Source of the DNA: Callorhinchus milii
Taxonomy: Eukaryota
Direction: 5' to 3'
DNA: 64,000 nt
Assembly (NCBI RefSeq): GCF_018977255.1
Contig: NW_024704742.1
Span: forward strand, 10,666,001-10,730,000
Shown: positions 62,556 through 64,000 of the stretch, in pieces
Position numbering within the stretch: the first letter of the stretch is position 1
How the letters are laid out: each line of letters begins with the position of its first letter
Program-made: the position numbers and the translations under genes
Notes under the pieces: generated by a model
The model's database searches: none
Seen by the model: the letters and a program-made list of their open reading frames with translations, nothing else
Told to the model about the DNA's origin: nothing

Positions 62556-62864
62556 AATAATAATAATCCTTGCACTTGATATAGCGCTTTCCATGTCTTC
62601 AAGATGTCTCAAAGAGCTTTGCAGAATATATACTATAAAGTGAATTGACTGTGTGTTTTGTGGGCGAAACGCGGCAGCCAATGCGCACAGCAGGGTCCCC
62701 ACGCACAGGCATGGATTGAAGTGACCAATTTATTATTTTTTTATTGAGGGATTATTATTATTAGGCGTGCGGAGTAAGGAAACTTGCCCAAGGTTTCACC
62801 CTGCCGGGAATTGAACCCAGGTCTCTCACTTGCGAGTGCTCTAACCACTGAGCTACAGGACTCC
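62556..62864 (-). mobile_element. SINE A short subfamily
   Basis: Reverse head ending tgagctacaggactcc; lacks the internal segment. Confidence 0.9.
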
Positions 62865-62869
62865 ACCTA

Positions 62870-63125
62870 TGTAATGTATTTACAGGTGATCGCAGCAGCA
62901 AATTTGTACATGGTAATGTCTCACAAAAAACAAAGTGAATGACTAATTTCCCAATCTTACTTGGGGGATTCTAGGTCAGGACACCCAGAGAAACTCCCTT
63001 TTCTTTGTGAATAATGCCATGGGATCTTTAAAGTCCACCTGAACAGGCAGAAGGAGCTTTGTTTAATATCTCATCCAAAGGACGGCACCTCTAACAGTGC
63101 AGCTCACCTTCAGCACTGCACTGAA
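62870..63125 (-). mobile_element. Deu-SINE B
   Basis: atgccatgggatctttaaagtccacctgaac reverse Deu motif. Confidence 0.8.
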
Positions 63126-63214
63126 GTCAAAGTCAAAGGACATTGGAACAAACTCCCTCTTGTGATCTTATGATAGTAAAATGCTTGAAAACTTGACTTC
63201 CGTGTTGTGCTTAC

Positions 63215-63660
63215 CAAACCTGCTGAAGTAAGATCCATAAACAAGTTGAAATGTCCAGTCTCTCCAGAAGGATCTTCACAAAATTAGCCAGTTGAGTGAT
63301 AAACAAGCACAAAAAGTTGTCCGCTCAGAGCTGTTTGCATTAGTTAGAAAGAAACAGTATCTTCTGCAGGCCAAATGTCCCCACTGATGTGATGTATCAA
63401 GCCTCAGGGACGAACTCCATCTGCTTCAACCTCAAACAGATTGTTCTTGTGAATGAGATTGGGTTTCATGTTCCATGTCTCGTCTTGCTCGATTTCTCCT
63501 TACCTTGTGAGAAGTCTGCGCTTCCAAATGAGTTTCTTGCAAAAAAACTCCATCATTTTTCACACTTTTGTGAGCAGTGACAGTTTTGTTTCTCCTGGTT
63601 TTTTTTCCCATTACTTTTATATACCAGGAAATGAAAGCAGTTATTCCTCTCCATTTGTTG
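63215..63660 (-). mobile_element. Degraded L1/Tx1-clade LINE ORF2 endonuclease (APE) domain
   Basis: ISWYIKVMGKKTRRNKTVTAHKSVKNDGVFLQETHL, then after stops and frameshifts PEA*YITSVGTF and GHFNLFMD, colinear with SWNVKG...KR..V...LK....D..FLQETH...D.EGRYI...GDFN. Confidence 0.7.
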
Positions 63661-64000
63661 AATATAACGTAATGAACTCTGCGCCGTTCAGTAATTTGAT
63701 TGAATTTGTCATTGTGCATTTTTAAGTCGCTGTAATTAAACATATTTATTTTATATTGTAATGTAATTTTATTTATAATTTAACATTTCATTAAATGTAT
63801 TATTTATGAGCGCACTTCAACAAATTCATTCCATTTAGAGCACGGAGCAGGATGACAATATGTGAATTTTCTGACGTTTATACCTGCGAGGAGTTGAGCT
63901 TCTATTTCACTCTTCAGTTCAGTATTTCCATTTTGTTTGTCCTACTTCCCGTCTAGACTGTCAACAGTTATTCTGTCCTTCAAAGAAAGGTAAAACAAAT

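Overview
Eukaryotic (vertebrate) genomic DNA that is dense in repeats and probably intronic or intergenic. The repeat mix suggests a cartilaginous fish, most likely a chimaera such as the elephant shark (inference). That mix comprises a tRNA-Ala-headed SINE with an (ATT)n tail, Deu-domain SINEs, LF-SINE-like copies, and many L2 and CR1 LINE 3' fragments. I cannot support any host protein-coding exon or functional RNA gene. The long ORFs are L2 ORF2 remnants, antisense frames of repeats, or artefacts of a G/T-rich tract at about 58.8-59.5 kb. I found no clear new biological system. The items most worth following up are: two near-identical young L2 copies sharing a C-terminal frameshift; a modular tRNA+CORE-like+Deu-like+L2-tail SINE with subfamilies and reciprocal nesting with L2; an unclassified ~550 bp repeat at six or more loci; a near full-length LF-SINE-like copy near a CTCF-like motif; a pre-miRNA-sized hairpin; and fossil L1/Tx1 and RTE coding remnants. 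Element boundaries were set by eye (typically +/-10-20 bp) and family names come from recalled consensus features, not database searches.
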